From: a virus
Lineage: Duplodnaviria; Caudoviricetes
IMG/VR virus record: IMGVR_UViG_3300030329_002202
Coordinates: 1 to 59,542 of that record
Reading direction: 5' to 3' (one strand)
DNA: 59,542 bases
A program made the translations under genes and the position numbers. A model generated the notes under the pieces. The model was not told the DNA's origin, ran no database searches, and saw only the letters and a list, made by a program, of their open reading frames with translations. Positions 47,001 through 53,629 of the stretch are shown here, piece by piece (the first letter of the stretch is position 1; every line of letters begins with the position of its first letter).

Positions 47001-48806
47001 CACTTTAATCCTAGAGACCTCATAGAGAGTATTAGAACGATGCAGAATTTATATAATAATTCAACAACACAGGAAAGAGAACAAATGTTTACAGCCATGG
47101 TTGAGAATGGTATTGTTGATGGTGTGTACGCAGATGAGTTAGCAGATGTATTAAATGATGCTCAACTTTCTAACATGGTGGAGGAATTTTTTGATTCTGG
47201 TTTAGATATGGAAAGTATTAAAAAGAGAAAACCAAATTTATTTAAAAGAATTAACAACTGGGTTAGTAAAACATATTTATGGGAAGATGTTGTTTGGAAG
47301 GGTGCTGGATTTATAAGTGAGATTAAATTATACGAAGATGCAGGCTTTGGTAGGGATGAGGCTATAGCTAAAGCAGCAGATAGTGTAAGGAATGGGTATG
47401 CTACATATTCTCTTGTTCCAAAACTTGGTAAGAGACTTAGAAGAATGATTCTTGTTGGTGACTTTATATCCTTCAACGCTGAGGTTATAAGAACAGGTAT
47501 AGGCTCTTTAATACAAGCTCAGAAAATGATTACATCAGGAAATAGGGTTTTATTCCAAGCAGGGTTAAAAAGAATTTTTGGAACCATATTTGCTTGGACA
47601 GCATTACCAACAATGTATACAGCTATGGCTGGTGGAATTGCTTCTGCTATATCTATGTTAAAAGACTGGAATGATGAAGATGATGAAGAAATGTCAAACA
47701 ATGATATAATGGACCATAAGCTAATGAATGGTGAAGAGAGAAGAATTGACCCTAACTTTATGTTATATGATAGCTATTCTGATTGGTACAATGCAACACA
47801 TGGTGCTGATAAATTCGAAGACCTTGGTATACCAGACATGACAAGAGATGAAATGATTCAACTATTTTTACCACACTACATGAAATATGGAGATGTTAAA
47901 TTAGTGTCAGCCAACAAGGATAAAAATGGTAATTTTGATGGAACTTATTACATATGGAACTCATCAGATAATCTATCTCAGAATTATTTTACAAGGATTT
48001 TAAGTGCAATATTCAACCCACCTGAAGATGACCCAACATGGAAATATCCTTCTAGATATATCCCACAGGTAAATGGAATACTTGATGACGTTCTTCACGC
48101 TATGATGGAGCCATTTTTAAGACAAAGTATGATGGTAAAAATATTGGATGAGTCTCTTTCTGGAGAAACCCAAGAGGGTAAAGACTTAAATGAGATTACT
48201 GATACTGGTATTGAGAGATGGGTAAACAGTCTTAAACACGCATTAAAAGAGGGCCAACCAGGTTTTTCTGAACAAATATATGATATGTTAGAAAGCTGGC
48301 ACCCAGACTTCTTTTTAGATGAAGACGAAATGCATAGAAGAAAAAGCCCTATCCATGAAACTATGGCACTAGGAGGGTTTAGATTTAGTAGATTTAATTT
48401 AGCAGAAAATTTAAATTTTAAAACCATATTTGTTGCTAATGTACTCACAAGACTAAACCCAGAAGAGGATAGTCCAAGAAGAATAAGAAAAGAGGTTAAA
48501 AGACATTTAACATATTTAGATAAACTGTGGTCGTACTCAGAATTTTTAGGCATAGAAGAAAATCATGTCATTGTATATGATAGAGAAAATGAGCCAATAT
48601 ATAATACCAAAACAAATAGAGACAATATTGTGGGTAAACACATTAAAGGCTTTAATCCTGGTAATGCTGTTTATGATTTTCTACACAGAGATAGGTCTGT
48701 TTTTCCTACATTTGATGACTGGGTTAAAGGAAGAGGGGATTTAGACTTTGCTGACTTTTTAAAAGACTGGCAAGTAGAAGAATTAGAAAAACAATTAATT
48801 GAATAA
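38040..48806 (+). CDS. Giant polyvalent virion protein (M15 peptidase, zincin peptidase, ART-like and further modules)
   Basis: 3588 aa; STYR...SYHLHGLAID...HVH; FHESAH; FEEWFGNSKIVDKNGNPVVYYH; helical C-terminus with THARNFIGN. Confidence 0.85.
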   Translation: MNEQALKDAYELFKSGGYNGSIEDFTGLIASNPNALKDSYNLFKGGGYTGSLEDYSTLIGLKKKVEGEAPEGEVPEGGEPLDVDGGTSDVEDGGLASSEIEQPTPTTPQYQLFHKNGGATPITRNRILTSITDEDFLLSLSTKELSLSITNDDPLQEMVNSAIAGYEKKISEEEPEISPSNESDRINYSKAVNEETLVPLSKENDRISLNPTLSKNLVNPIVNDALRELNEVWLENPGLNVESTYRDEELNTSVGGDVNSYHLHGLAIDLTGPNAKKFLEWVNTTKEGKAWAEKWTEGAAGGLGVILEDEAGKGEHVHIQFKRGLSTVANQATVLPSDGYSSVSRSNDGLGEYVDGMWVPSATSPVVDIGFDDDDRLSWLDRSGIDLGDGEDEEEVVEGDVFDQDSSFETWWDETFGPKEGRHHRNTLNDIRHLLTEQEIQDLNNIIETSKWQKGFWGFMKHPFRWLGVTNKELQEEGFAGFNETQVARAFIYDKIMDKVQAHIEGYLASGWEHLGNQVYKHTESGVVISPENTQGRHPLLAYSSALPTLIERIHKNPDYLNVFELKEGVENGDLLADKIMEIYKEFNPEMHEYYTQQIGTMREVWETEVGDYHLMIDANGEITDMSVKVGKKKKRYKVIKKDSKEFNKIAHQYHSNRDEYPLRYSTDMIGQKQNEYGEVSYATDEEGEGFERKKVLEGELKERATGFVLNSLMPILDSNEKNMSNSGVNQKTAALGAQLSAGLDWLEKQESLIRDFPRHATGQVDTRNMSNSDIERYNQLITDYNAFFNGRWQELLKEHEIFKKENSEVPEHSTLIDSFNNVAAYYQSLDDGEDDYARYVKAIRAKQNQANKSFEEATWVGKQIRQGAVITNDLFNTFVRNVAASPRWIKGVFTDENIYDGADMLADNITANLDANTYFNAMNPSWSLKASQLNTEAWGKYWYTDVEGKRLTFNKQGQVTNIFGDDGRIIQPGSDEYKEIISEYNSNQDKYPIQYDKRWGSVLYNTVHAGGGFAIDMTIGRLAMGRAKVLGYGQRGQRYAFMGGLSGATHLRVYDDFYREGLDQGMLPGEATDFASQASFVTSLVEIITPDVGMISASVRGGVKKQLRDKMMDNIQGRVTTSAVNRAYRKKVLGNVAYYGTMEGLEEVGQHYGVDQIKDKYYGEFNFNTNWDWDVAKEEFVIGALLGGGTTAVSTYTSGKDHIMGGLYKEAWFNAYLNQQGYYDALDGMLGKTMMINGLEVEMTQAKIDKLKTEGKSKFEALNKILKSNNATNLSESSKMEIMHLLEMKGYAEAFQGSLDANEKSEAELMIKETESAIQKILTGQDVGDALYTYYENLDGGVKEYLGKYMKGRDVPFGVKALIRKIVKGESLTESEKAAYLSSINQDITELDAKENLTKEEKNYLSILKKLENDVTNLTTKKDETTTTRDTGKAERTARGAKGKSIREAIEDAANEQDRTTLNQNIGKPVSYKGKKGILEKNKKGEFILKTPGKGRGIKIKDAGTGRKRLSTVGLKYEGKTLSVTPNNELIVEGDNKGEILGLSKDTSGKLGGVVMLDNEQNESIKKKARAKFRRLQKQRNEGKITQQQFIDGINNTAGLSIESNNEIRAKSAADFLVNSIINTGKADVISMKDVEKMIKEATEESGVEEQKKKEETSRKKSTTSKRNKRKKIKEQKVSPDPLWDSREMTIEDIDALIAKYDKYAGDVYKRKVAVLKIVKKLYNSLGFDVTVHMDRAQLESYFSSIGQPVVTTSRGISFEAGLEGATPQMHINLDIANPNTMFHESAHPFVTSLHKLAETNPEVKKLLANIKKDLGKIKDGYYIKWAKKGYGVDKNGFPTDNEADIVNMDKVMQEALSEFLADVGLQKYEDDQSILGKAKSYIKSIVKYLFGKDIGTPPLELTLEDLSNLTDLEGVQKVFTQATSRGLNINEKSEGTNPIEAKYQLAPPENSSEFEEWFGNSKIVDKNGNPVVYYHRTKNEFDAFRANVITGEQLTAYVSPSESWANEFMDIIESETLRKDRYTNLRTIPLYVKAENPFDFRNKEHTDMLFDAYVKEYAGDYELGGKEYTSQERIIPQPTLDDKVDKKTFFDSLQNNDNWALIESHEYLISQILGFDSMFISETNRRDDVELESAVNLAVFNPQQQLKSVDRTTDFDSPKYQYDINEQLEAHNTGGGSSFNNFFGKVEGAYAAVSIFNDRNKQIPGNKLNKSDLDSFRSENQFILDQHESIVVGTWYDEENNLIDLDVSVAIPKAKLDEAIKLGVEFNQKSIWDLELNKPIPTGGTGKVTTQDASNLQERIDKIKEIVGKLDPKYQRNIELEGKPGFSTLNNALKFSTMSHGTPKQWIKEIKKYGGKNIDNEMAFMGIKDFLESVETSYPGGIPKVAIEDYIEMHQTSMNFDGNTMSIMLGNETLGNLSYELKTNEDGEVVLFIKDIKSPADRMMSNLAPIIRHVIRFATEQNYDAIAFEDGSTFKGPKVEFFNSVVPEVISDILSSIDSKAGPVLTEVDGQGKVSMDITNSVLSNVLDVTLPSNDTKNNDNFNEEAKIAYSTDPKYQTYTTFNGIKDLFTNFNLKREFAPMGNIPKEVFDKGWRHKSRIKAEKFKLMKLIDRLRVAIQANQEGDNPVSIEAINEMLSDPSVKIQELESLIENYELDLETLDRDGKRYLAGDVLNKIRATEADIKELKEKAVGKAKMKDLDGDPELQKIIKQVRRKIDSFSRKIKTLVNDKLGITIDKNLGVYLNRQYRIHHDPKYNDKMIKVIDDMIKAGENPVKIAKVMNRFKKEYDLIQAASVVVREGLEKHYKGRDVSETAVLQDIRRMFQDGPESSDFVQAVRRSNDVNTGILKKRVDMPDAIMELFSPVKNPLFNIVSTITKQVSEMETMAFKAEAVAMLNGSLLFDKLSIPPGQESLYSEEVKLKYSDEVYYTTKEIKEFIDGEVYDPSLFLKSMQRINGAIKLGKTVWSFKTHARNFIGNMYFASINGHFNPRDLIESIRTMQNLYNNSTTQEREQMFTAMVENGIVDGVYADELADVLNDAQLSNMVEEFFDSGLDMESIKKRKPNLFKRINNWVSKTYLWEDVVWKGAGFISEIKLYEDAGFGRDEAIAKAADSVRNGYATYSLVPKLGKRLRRMILVGDFISFNAEVIRTGIGSLIQAQKMITSGNRVLFQAGLKRIFGTIFAWTALPTMYTAMAGGIASAISMLKDWNDEDDEEMSNNDIMDHKLMNGEERRIDPNFMLYDSYSDWYNATHGADKFEDLGIPDMTRDEMIQLFLPHYMKYGDVKLVSANKDKNGNFDGTYYIWNSSDNLSQNYFTRILSAIFNPPEDDPTWKYPSRYIPQVNGILDDVLHAMMEPFLRQSMMVKILDESLSGETQEGKDLNEITDTGIERWVNSLKHALKEGQPGFSEQIYDMLESWHPDFFLDEDEMHRRKSPIHETMALGGFRFSRFNLAENLNFKTIFVANVLTRLNPEEDSPRRIRKEVKRHLTYLDKLWSYSEFLGIEENHVIVYDRENEPIYNTKTNRDNIVGKHIKGFNPGNAVYDFLHRDRSVFPTFDDWVKGRGDLDFADFLKDWQVEELEKQLIE

Positions 48807-48808
48807 TT

Positions 48809-49309
48809 ATGAAATTAGAAGTGTTAAGAATATCAAGTGGACCAGATTCAACATCTGGAGTATTATTTATAGTAGACGATGTAGCAGATAGCCCATATAG
48901 TGAGGGTTTTAGATGTAAAAGAAGTTTTGTGTGCTATACACTAGAAGATGAATATAGAAAAGAAAAAAAATATGGAGAAACGAGAATCCCAGCAGGGACC
49001 TATAAACTTAAACTTAGAACAGAGGGTGGATACCATCAAAAGTATTCTAAACGATTTCCTGGTATTCATAGGGGTATGCTTCATGTCACTGATGTTCCTG
49101 GCTTTGAGTATATTCTCATTCATTGTGGCAATACTGATGAACATACTGCAGGCTGTCTACTCGTTGGTGACTCGCAAGAAAACAACCAATTAAAGAAAGA
49201 TGGGTTTATTGGAAAATCAACCCAAGCTTATAAGAGGATATACCCAAAGATAGCAGAAGCTATACTTAATAACAATGAAGTGTTGATAACTTACAAAGAT
49301 ATTGCGTAA
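48809..49309 (+). CDS. DUF5675 family protein (L,D-transpeptidase-like, endolysin candidate)
   Basis: CYTLED, ETRIPAGTY, ILIHCGNTDEHTAGCLLVG. Confidence 0.85.
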   Translation: MKLEVLRISSGPDSTSGVLFIVDDVADSPYSEGFRCKRSFVCYTLEDEYRKEKKYGETRIPAGTYKLKLRTEGGYHQKYSKRFPGIHRGMLHVTDVPGFEYILIHCGNTDEHTAGCLLVGDSQENNQLKKDGFIGKSTQAYKRIYPKIAEAILNNNEVLITYKDIA

Positions 49310-49354
49310 GTAATAAATATTTTTACTATATTTACGTCACATAATGTTTAGTTT

Positions 49355-49396
49355 TGGGGGTGGATTTGATTCTGTATTAGGTCCCCCCCATTTTTT
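49355..49396 (+). terminator. Rho-independent terminator
   Basis: tgggggtggatttgat / attaggtccccccca stem followed by tttttt. Confidence 0.7.
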
Positions 49397-49406
49397 AAAG
49401 TAAATA

Positions 49407-49724
49407 ATGAGAGATTACAAAGACGAATATAAGAAGTTTCAGTCCAGTCCTAAACAGAGAGCTGATAATAGGAAAAGGAAGAGGGATAGGTATAAACTAG
49501 AGAAAGGTGGAAAAGTATCTAAGGGTGATGGAAAAGAGGTTCACCATGTTGGTGGTATAAACTCTAATAATCTTGTTGTTTCTAATAAATCTGAAAATAG
49601 GGGAAAGAAGAATGAGGGTGGAAGAAAGAAGGGTGTTGAACACAAATACCCTAAAAAAAGAAAATATGTCAATAAAAGAAAAAAAGACAAAACAACTGGG
49701 GATGAATCCAGGGACTGCTGCTAA
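49407..49724 (+). CDS. Small HNH-like endonuclease
   Basis: KGDGKEVHH...NLVVSNKSENRG. Confidence 0.7.
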   Translation: MRDYKDEYKKFQSSPKQRADNRKRKRDRYKLEKGGKVSKGDGKEVHHVGGINSNNLVVSNKSENRGKKNEGGRKKGVEHKYPKKRKYVNKRKKDKTTGDESRDCC

Positions 49725-50106
49725 TAGACTCAGAAAATCAATACTATTTAGTTTTGCTCAGAAACTTGGTTATGCATGGTGTTATCAGTGTGCTACAGAA
49801 ATAAAAGATATAGATAGGTTTACGATAGAACATAAAGAACCCTGGTTGGATTCAGAAAATCCACCTGAGTTTTTTTTTGATTTAGATAATATAGCGTTTT
49901 CTCACGCTGAATGTAATTATGGTGCAGCCAGAGCTAAATATGGTATGCCATGCCCATCAGTGACAGCATATAGAAAAGGATGCAGATGTGATGGGTGTAA
50001 GGAAGCTAGGAGAGAGTATAGAAAAAAAAGAAAACAATTAAAAGGAAGAGAAGATGGAAAACAAAAAGAAACCAAGCCTAATACAGAGGGCGAAAAACCT
50101 TGTTAA
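49666..50106 (+). CDS. HNH endonuclease with Zn-binding motifs
   Basis: Start moved to ATG 49666; CYQC, IEHKEPW, NIAFSHAECN, GCRCDGC. Confidence 0.75.
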   Translation: MSIKEKKTKQLGMNPGTAANRLRKSILFSFAQKLGYAWCYQCATEIKDIDRFTIEHKEPWLDSENPPEFFFDLDNIAFSHAECNYGAARAKYGMPCPSVTAYRKGCRCDGCKEARREYRKKRKQLKGREDGKQKETKPNTEGEKPC

Positions 50107-50398
50107 AGAGACAGCCAAACACTTAGCTAATGGTGCTCAAAATGTGACAAAAAAAGAATACTTGAATAGAATGGATATTTGCAACTCCTGTGTTCACTTT
50201 ATTCATAAAGATAGCACTTGTGGTGTGTGTGGATGTTTAATGCATATAAAAGCTAAGTGGAAAACTTCAGAGTGTCCAAAAGGAAAGTGGGAAGAATTAA
50301 ATTACGAAGTACCAATACAATTAGACCCAAGAAAAAAGGCTTATAAGTGGGATGCTTACAACGAAAATGGAAAATTAAAGAATTATGAGGAAGATTAA
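50054..50398 (+). CDS. Cys-rich Zn-finger protein (DUF6171-like)
   Basis: RMDICNSC..TCGVCGCLM..K....CPKGKW. Confidence 0.75.
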   Translation: MENKKKPSLIQRAKNLVKETAKHLANGAQNVTKKEYLNRMDICNSCVHFIHKDSTCGVCGCLMHIKAKWKTSECPKGKWEELNYEVPIQLDPRKKAYKWDAYNENGKLKNYEED

Positions 50399-50537
50399 AA
50401 GATTAGGTTTTGGATGGCAATTCTCACATGGATTATTGCTTGGCATTAGGCATTATGAGCCAGATGATACTTATGATTACTATGAGATACATTTTTACTG
50501 GGGGCTAATTGTTTTATTTATTACAATAGAATATTAA
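50385..50537 (+). CDS. 50-aa aromatic/hydrophobic small protein (not in ORF track)
   Basis: MRKIKRLGFGWQFSHGLLLGIRHY...LFITIEY; overlaps the upstream stop. Confidence 0.55.
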   Translation: MRKIKRLGFGWQFSHGLLLGIRHYEPDDTYDYYEIHFYWGLIVLFITIEY

Positions 50538-50680
50538 AGCTTTGACTTTATAGAATTATACTTAGCTTTAAGCTCATTCACTTTAGACTCAAACTTAGAC
50601 CTCTTAATCTTCTTTCTAAGTATATTAAGCATGGTTAACTTATCTCTTCTTGCTTTATTTCTCGCATTAGCTTTTCCCAT
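50534..50680 (-). CDS. 48-aa basic protein (not in ORF track)
   Basis: MGKANARNKARRDK...SKL; coupled to the upstream gene; stop overlaps the convergent gene. Confidence 0.5.
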   Translation of the reverse strand: MGKANARNKARRDKLTMLNILRKKIKRSKFESKVNELKAKYNSIKSKL

Positions 50681-50960
50681 CGTTTTTCTCTAATGGAGTA
50701 AAGGTACCTTTATCTAGATTAACTGTACCATCACCATATTTCTTTTTGAGTTTTTCAGATATTTTATTTTCTTTTGTTTGATTTCCTTTAAACCTAGCAG
50801 TTAAGTCATCTTCTATTTTTTCCATCTCCATAAGTTTAGCCTTAATCATTATTAGCTCAACTCTTACTCTTCCAAAATCAACCATCATCCTACTATTATC
50901 CTCTCTAATTTGTTTAATTTCTTTTAGTTCTTTTTCTTCTAATTTAATTGTTTTTTCCAT
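50667..50960 (-). CDS. Coiled-coil hypothetical protein
   Basis: Heptad pattern and C-terminal KKYGDGTVNLDKGTF. Confidence 0.7.
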   Translation of the reverse strand: MEKTIKLEEKELKEIKQIREDNSRMMVDFGRVRVELIMIKAKLMEMEKIEDDLTARFKGNQTKENKISEKLKKKYGDGTVNLDKGTFTPLEKNDGKS

Positions 50961-51348
50961 TGTCTTTAATTTTATTATTAGTTTTTATTTTCTCGATTGA
51001 ACGACCAGCAAAGTAGGCTGAGTAGACAACCATAAGCAAAGTTTGATACACAGGGACGTAGACAGGATTCATTTGGAACCCACCAACATTACCATCAAAG
51101 AATGACATAACAACCAACATTATAGTCAAAAAAGCCATTGTTAATGGTCTGATATTTGCTGGCAACCATCCAGCCTTAGCATCAGCCTCCCACCTTCTAG
51201 TAACTTGTTCTTGAGCATTGGATTCTGCCTTAGCCAATATCTCTTTCATTTTATTTTTTAGGGTTAACTTCTCCTCTTTAGTAGTCACCACCTCATCAAT
51301 AATACCTGAAGCATTACCAATTAAACTTTTAAAAATTCCTCCTAGCAT
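50944..51348 (-). CDS. Holin (GTA 3TM holin-like)
   Basis: EQVTRRWEAD..WLPANIRPL, TM segments, YFAGRSIEK. Confidence 0.8.
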   Translation of the reverse strand: MLGGIFKSLIGNASGIIDEVVTTKEEKLTLKNKMKEILAKAESNAQEQVTRRWEADAKAGWLPANIRPLTMAFLTIMLVVMSFFDGNVGGFQMNPVYVPVYQTLLMVVYSAYFAGRSIEKIKTNNKIKDNGKNN

Positions 51349-51931
51349 CGTGCTTTGTTTTACGTGTGTATTTTTTCTTATTCTTATATGGCTTAGACCT
51401 TAAGTCCATTCCATTATTCTTAGCCTCAACCTCAGAATTTCTTCTGGTCATTTTAGCTATCCTTTTTTTATCTGCCTCTGATATTCTAAGTTTCTCTTTA
51501 ATCATATCAATACATTGAAGTATTTGTTTTTTACTTCCAGGCATGTAAAGTTCGTAATTTAGATTGTTTTTTACAAGGTATTGCTTAAAAAGTTTCCATT
51601 TAAGACTGAATACATCTGTCTTCATTCCCTTAACCTCTATTATCCATCCATCCTCTAGGTTGGTGAAGTCAGGCAAGTAGGTCGTGGACCTGATACTCGT
51701 CAAAGCCTGGTCAAACACCAACTTACCTTTCTTCTTCCTCTTTTCTATACTTACATTTTCGTATTTAAACTTCTCCATGAGAACAAATTTCTCCTTCTCA
51801 TAATCAAATTTAATACCCTCTTTCTTTAATTCAGAATAGGTGAAAGCTTCAAGCCTAGACCTAAATTCTATGCCATCTATCTTTGTTGACTTTACATTCT
51901 TTACCCTACCCTTCTTTCTTCTAATTTTCAT
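51329..51931 (-). CDS. DUF1064-like PD-(D/E)XK endonuclease
   Basis: IDGIEFRSRLEA, YLPDF, IIEVKG. Confidence 0.8.
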   Translation of the reverse strand: MKIRRKKGRVKNVKSTKIDGIEFRSRLEAFTYSELKKEGIKFDYEKEKFVLMEKFKYENVSIEKRKKKGKLVFDQALTSIRSTTYLPDFTNLEDGWIIEVKGMKTDVFSLKWKLFKQYLVKNNLNYELYMPGSKKQILQCIDMIKEKLRISEADKKRIAKMTRRNSEVEAKNNGMDLRSKPYKNKKKYTRKTKHDARRNF

Positions 51932-52337
51932 ACTCTAATATAGGAACTTTGGAAACATATTCCAAACCTCTCCATTCTGTAGAGCTCTCATACCATCCTG
52001 TGTCATTGTTGAAGTTAAAGAAAAATACTGCAATATCATCTTTCATTTCAAACCTATCACCAAATGGAACAGCATATATATGGTACCCATCTGGGTCTAA
52101 TCCCATATAAACCATTGGATAGCTGTTTCCTGTATCAGCATGTTTACGATAAATTCTAAAGCCATTGTCTGCTATGTGCATTAAAAATGGTTCATTAGAG
52201 AGGTAAGCGTCACCCACTTGTTCTCCATTTTTCCATGTAAAATCTAGTGTTTCATTGATTTTATAAACACCACTTTTAACTTGTGAAAACCCCTGTAACG
52301 CCAGAGAAATAATCACTAAAAAAATTACTTTCTTCAT
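51921..52337 (-). CDS. Exported beta-rich protein
   Basis: Signal peptide MKKVIFLVIISLALQGFS followed by Q. Confidence 0.65.
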   Translation of the reverse strand: MKKVIFLVIISLALQGFSQVKSGVYKINETLDFTWKNGEQVGDAYLSNEPFLMHIADNGFRIYRKHADTGNSYPMVYMGLDPDGYHIYAVPFGDRFEMKDDIAVFFFNFNNDTGWYESSTEWRGLEYVSKVPILEYEN

Positions 52338-52391
52338 AATAAATTAAATTAAATTAACACTATATACTTAAAGGACTTTCCTATAAGGTTT

Positions 52392-52487
52392 TTATTTTCT
52401 ATTCATCCATTCCACAATCTTACTAACCATATAAATTGTGACAGCAAAACCTATCATGCTGGACATTATCAATATTACTTTAATCAT
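52392..52487 (-). CDS. 31-aa single-TM peptide (not in ORF track)
   Basis: MIKVILIMSSMIGFAVTIYMVSKIVEWMNRK; overlaps the upstream stop. Confidence 0.35.
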   Translation of the reverse strand: MIKVILIMSSMIGFAVTIYMVSKIVEWMNRK

Positions 52488-52713
52488 TTTTTGGTTCTTT
52501 ATTTAATTTTTTACTCAATATTGTTTCTAAGAAATAAGAATAATGTTTCTCATAATCTTTTTCTGCCTCTTCTGTATACCTACAACCCACGTATTGGTCA
52601 ATAGTTTCTATGTATGGAGACCATCCTAAAGCCTCCCACTTCTTCTCAACCTTTTTTTGAGCAAGTATAGCTGCTAGTTGTTCAGCATGTATTTCAATAG
52701 TTGTATAACACAT
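52480..52713 (-). CDS. Hypothetical protein
   Basis: ORF in the minus-strand block with an A-rich start context. Confidence 0.6.
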   Translation of the reverse strand: MCYTTIEIHAEQLAAILAQKKVEKKWEALGWSPYIETIDQYVGCRYTEEAEKDYEKHYSYFLETILSKKLNKEPKND

Positions 52714-52822
52714 AATAATATATATTAATTAATACTCAGTTAATATAAGGGCATCTGTGTTGAACAAATCGAGGTTTGGAGACGACCTTGTTTAAAAACC
52801 TCTCACAGATACCCTTATTTAG

Positions 52823-52896
52823 TACACCCAGTAGGACTTGAACCTACAACCTACAGCTTAGAAGGCTGTTGCTCTATCCAATTGAGCTATGGGTGC
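52823..52896 (-). tRNA. tRNA-Arg (anticodon UCU), CCA not encoded
   Basis: GCACCCA/TGGGTGT acceptor stem, D-arm GCTCAATTGGATAGAGC, anticodon arm ACAGC-CTTCTAA-GCTGT, T-arm GTAGG-TTCAAGT-CCTAC. Confidence 0.96.
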
Positions 52897-52898
52897 AT

Positions 52899-53162
52899 TT
52901 AGTAAACATCATTACTCACACCACATTTTTTTCTCCACTTCCATCCAGTGATTTTAATATCTACATTTTGACTGGATTTTATTTTATTTTTTATACAGGA
53001 AATTAAATACTCCCTATTATTTAATTCCTCCACAGTATCCCCAACACACGCAGTTATGAATGTTCCTTTATTTTTCTTCTTTGTATCTTTCCTTACACCT
53101 TTCACATTTCTCCATGTATTCCACTCATATTCAAGCTCTATATGCCATATCTGTTTTCTCAT
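52899..53162 (-). CDS. Hypothetical protein
   Basis: Translationally coupled ORF (ATGA overlap). Confidence 0.6.
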   Translation of the reverse strand: MRKQIWHIELEYEWNTWRNVKGVRKDTKKKNKGTFITACVGDTVEELNNREYLISCIKNKIKSSQNVDIKITGWKWRKKCGVSNDVY

Positions 53163-53629
53163 TTTTTCTTTTTCATTTTACCTATATAGCAAAGGTCTAT
53201 TGTTTTAACTTTAGTAAACAAATCTTTGGCTCCAGGCCTGCTGGACAACTCGTAAAAATCCCAGCCCTTAACCTTGTCTATGCATTTGTCATGAACCATC
53301 TCTTGCAAGCTATCCTTAGTGACCTCAATCCAATAATCTCTTGTCTCAAAAGCAAAGCCATCTGCATCACCATACAACCACCCTTTATTTCCTAACACAT
53401 TCTTAAACTCAACAAAATGTATATTCTCGTTTTCTTTTTTTATAGCTTTAACATCTATTTTAACACCATTTATTTTAACGTCCCAGTGTTGATGTATGTC
53501 CTCTTTTTCTGTGGAAAACTCTATATTATTAAAGTCTTTAACCCCATTATAGAGTCTAGCATACTCTTTTTCAGCTTTACCACCTCTAATCATGTCTTCC
53601 CTCTTCTTTTCTTTACTCTTGTATTTCAT
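53159..53629 (-). CDS. PD-(D/E)XK-type nuclease-like protein
   Basis: GGKAEKEY...HWDV...IDVKA...VEFKN..G..GWLYG. Confidence 0.65.
   Translation of the reverse strand: MKYKSKEKKREDMIRGGKAEKEYARLYNGVKDFNNIEFSTEKEDIHQHWDVKINGVKIDVKAIKKENENIHFVEFKNVLGNKGWLYGDADGFAFETRDYWIEVTKDSLQEMVHDKCIDKVKGWDFYELSSRPGAKDLFTKVKTIDLCYIGKMKKKK

Noticed and set aside
38040-48806. Giant protein as a crAss-type virion RNA polymerase
   Set aside because: No DxDxD catalytic motif seen; the recognisable domains are peptidase and ART types, and host-type promoters are present
38040-48806. Many 60-150 aa minus-strand ORFs inside long genes (here and throughout the window)
   Set aside because: Antisense shadows of strongly biased coding sequence
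49407-50106. HNH genes as intron- or intein-borne homing elements
   Set aside because: Free-standing, with no interrupted gene or intron structure evident
52823-52896. tRNA as a prophage attachment site
   Set aside because: No integrase, no duplicated 3' end, and phage genes on both sides
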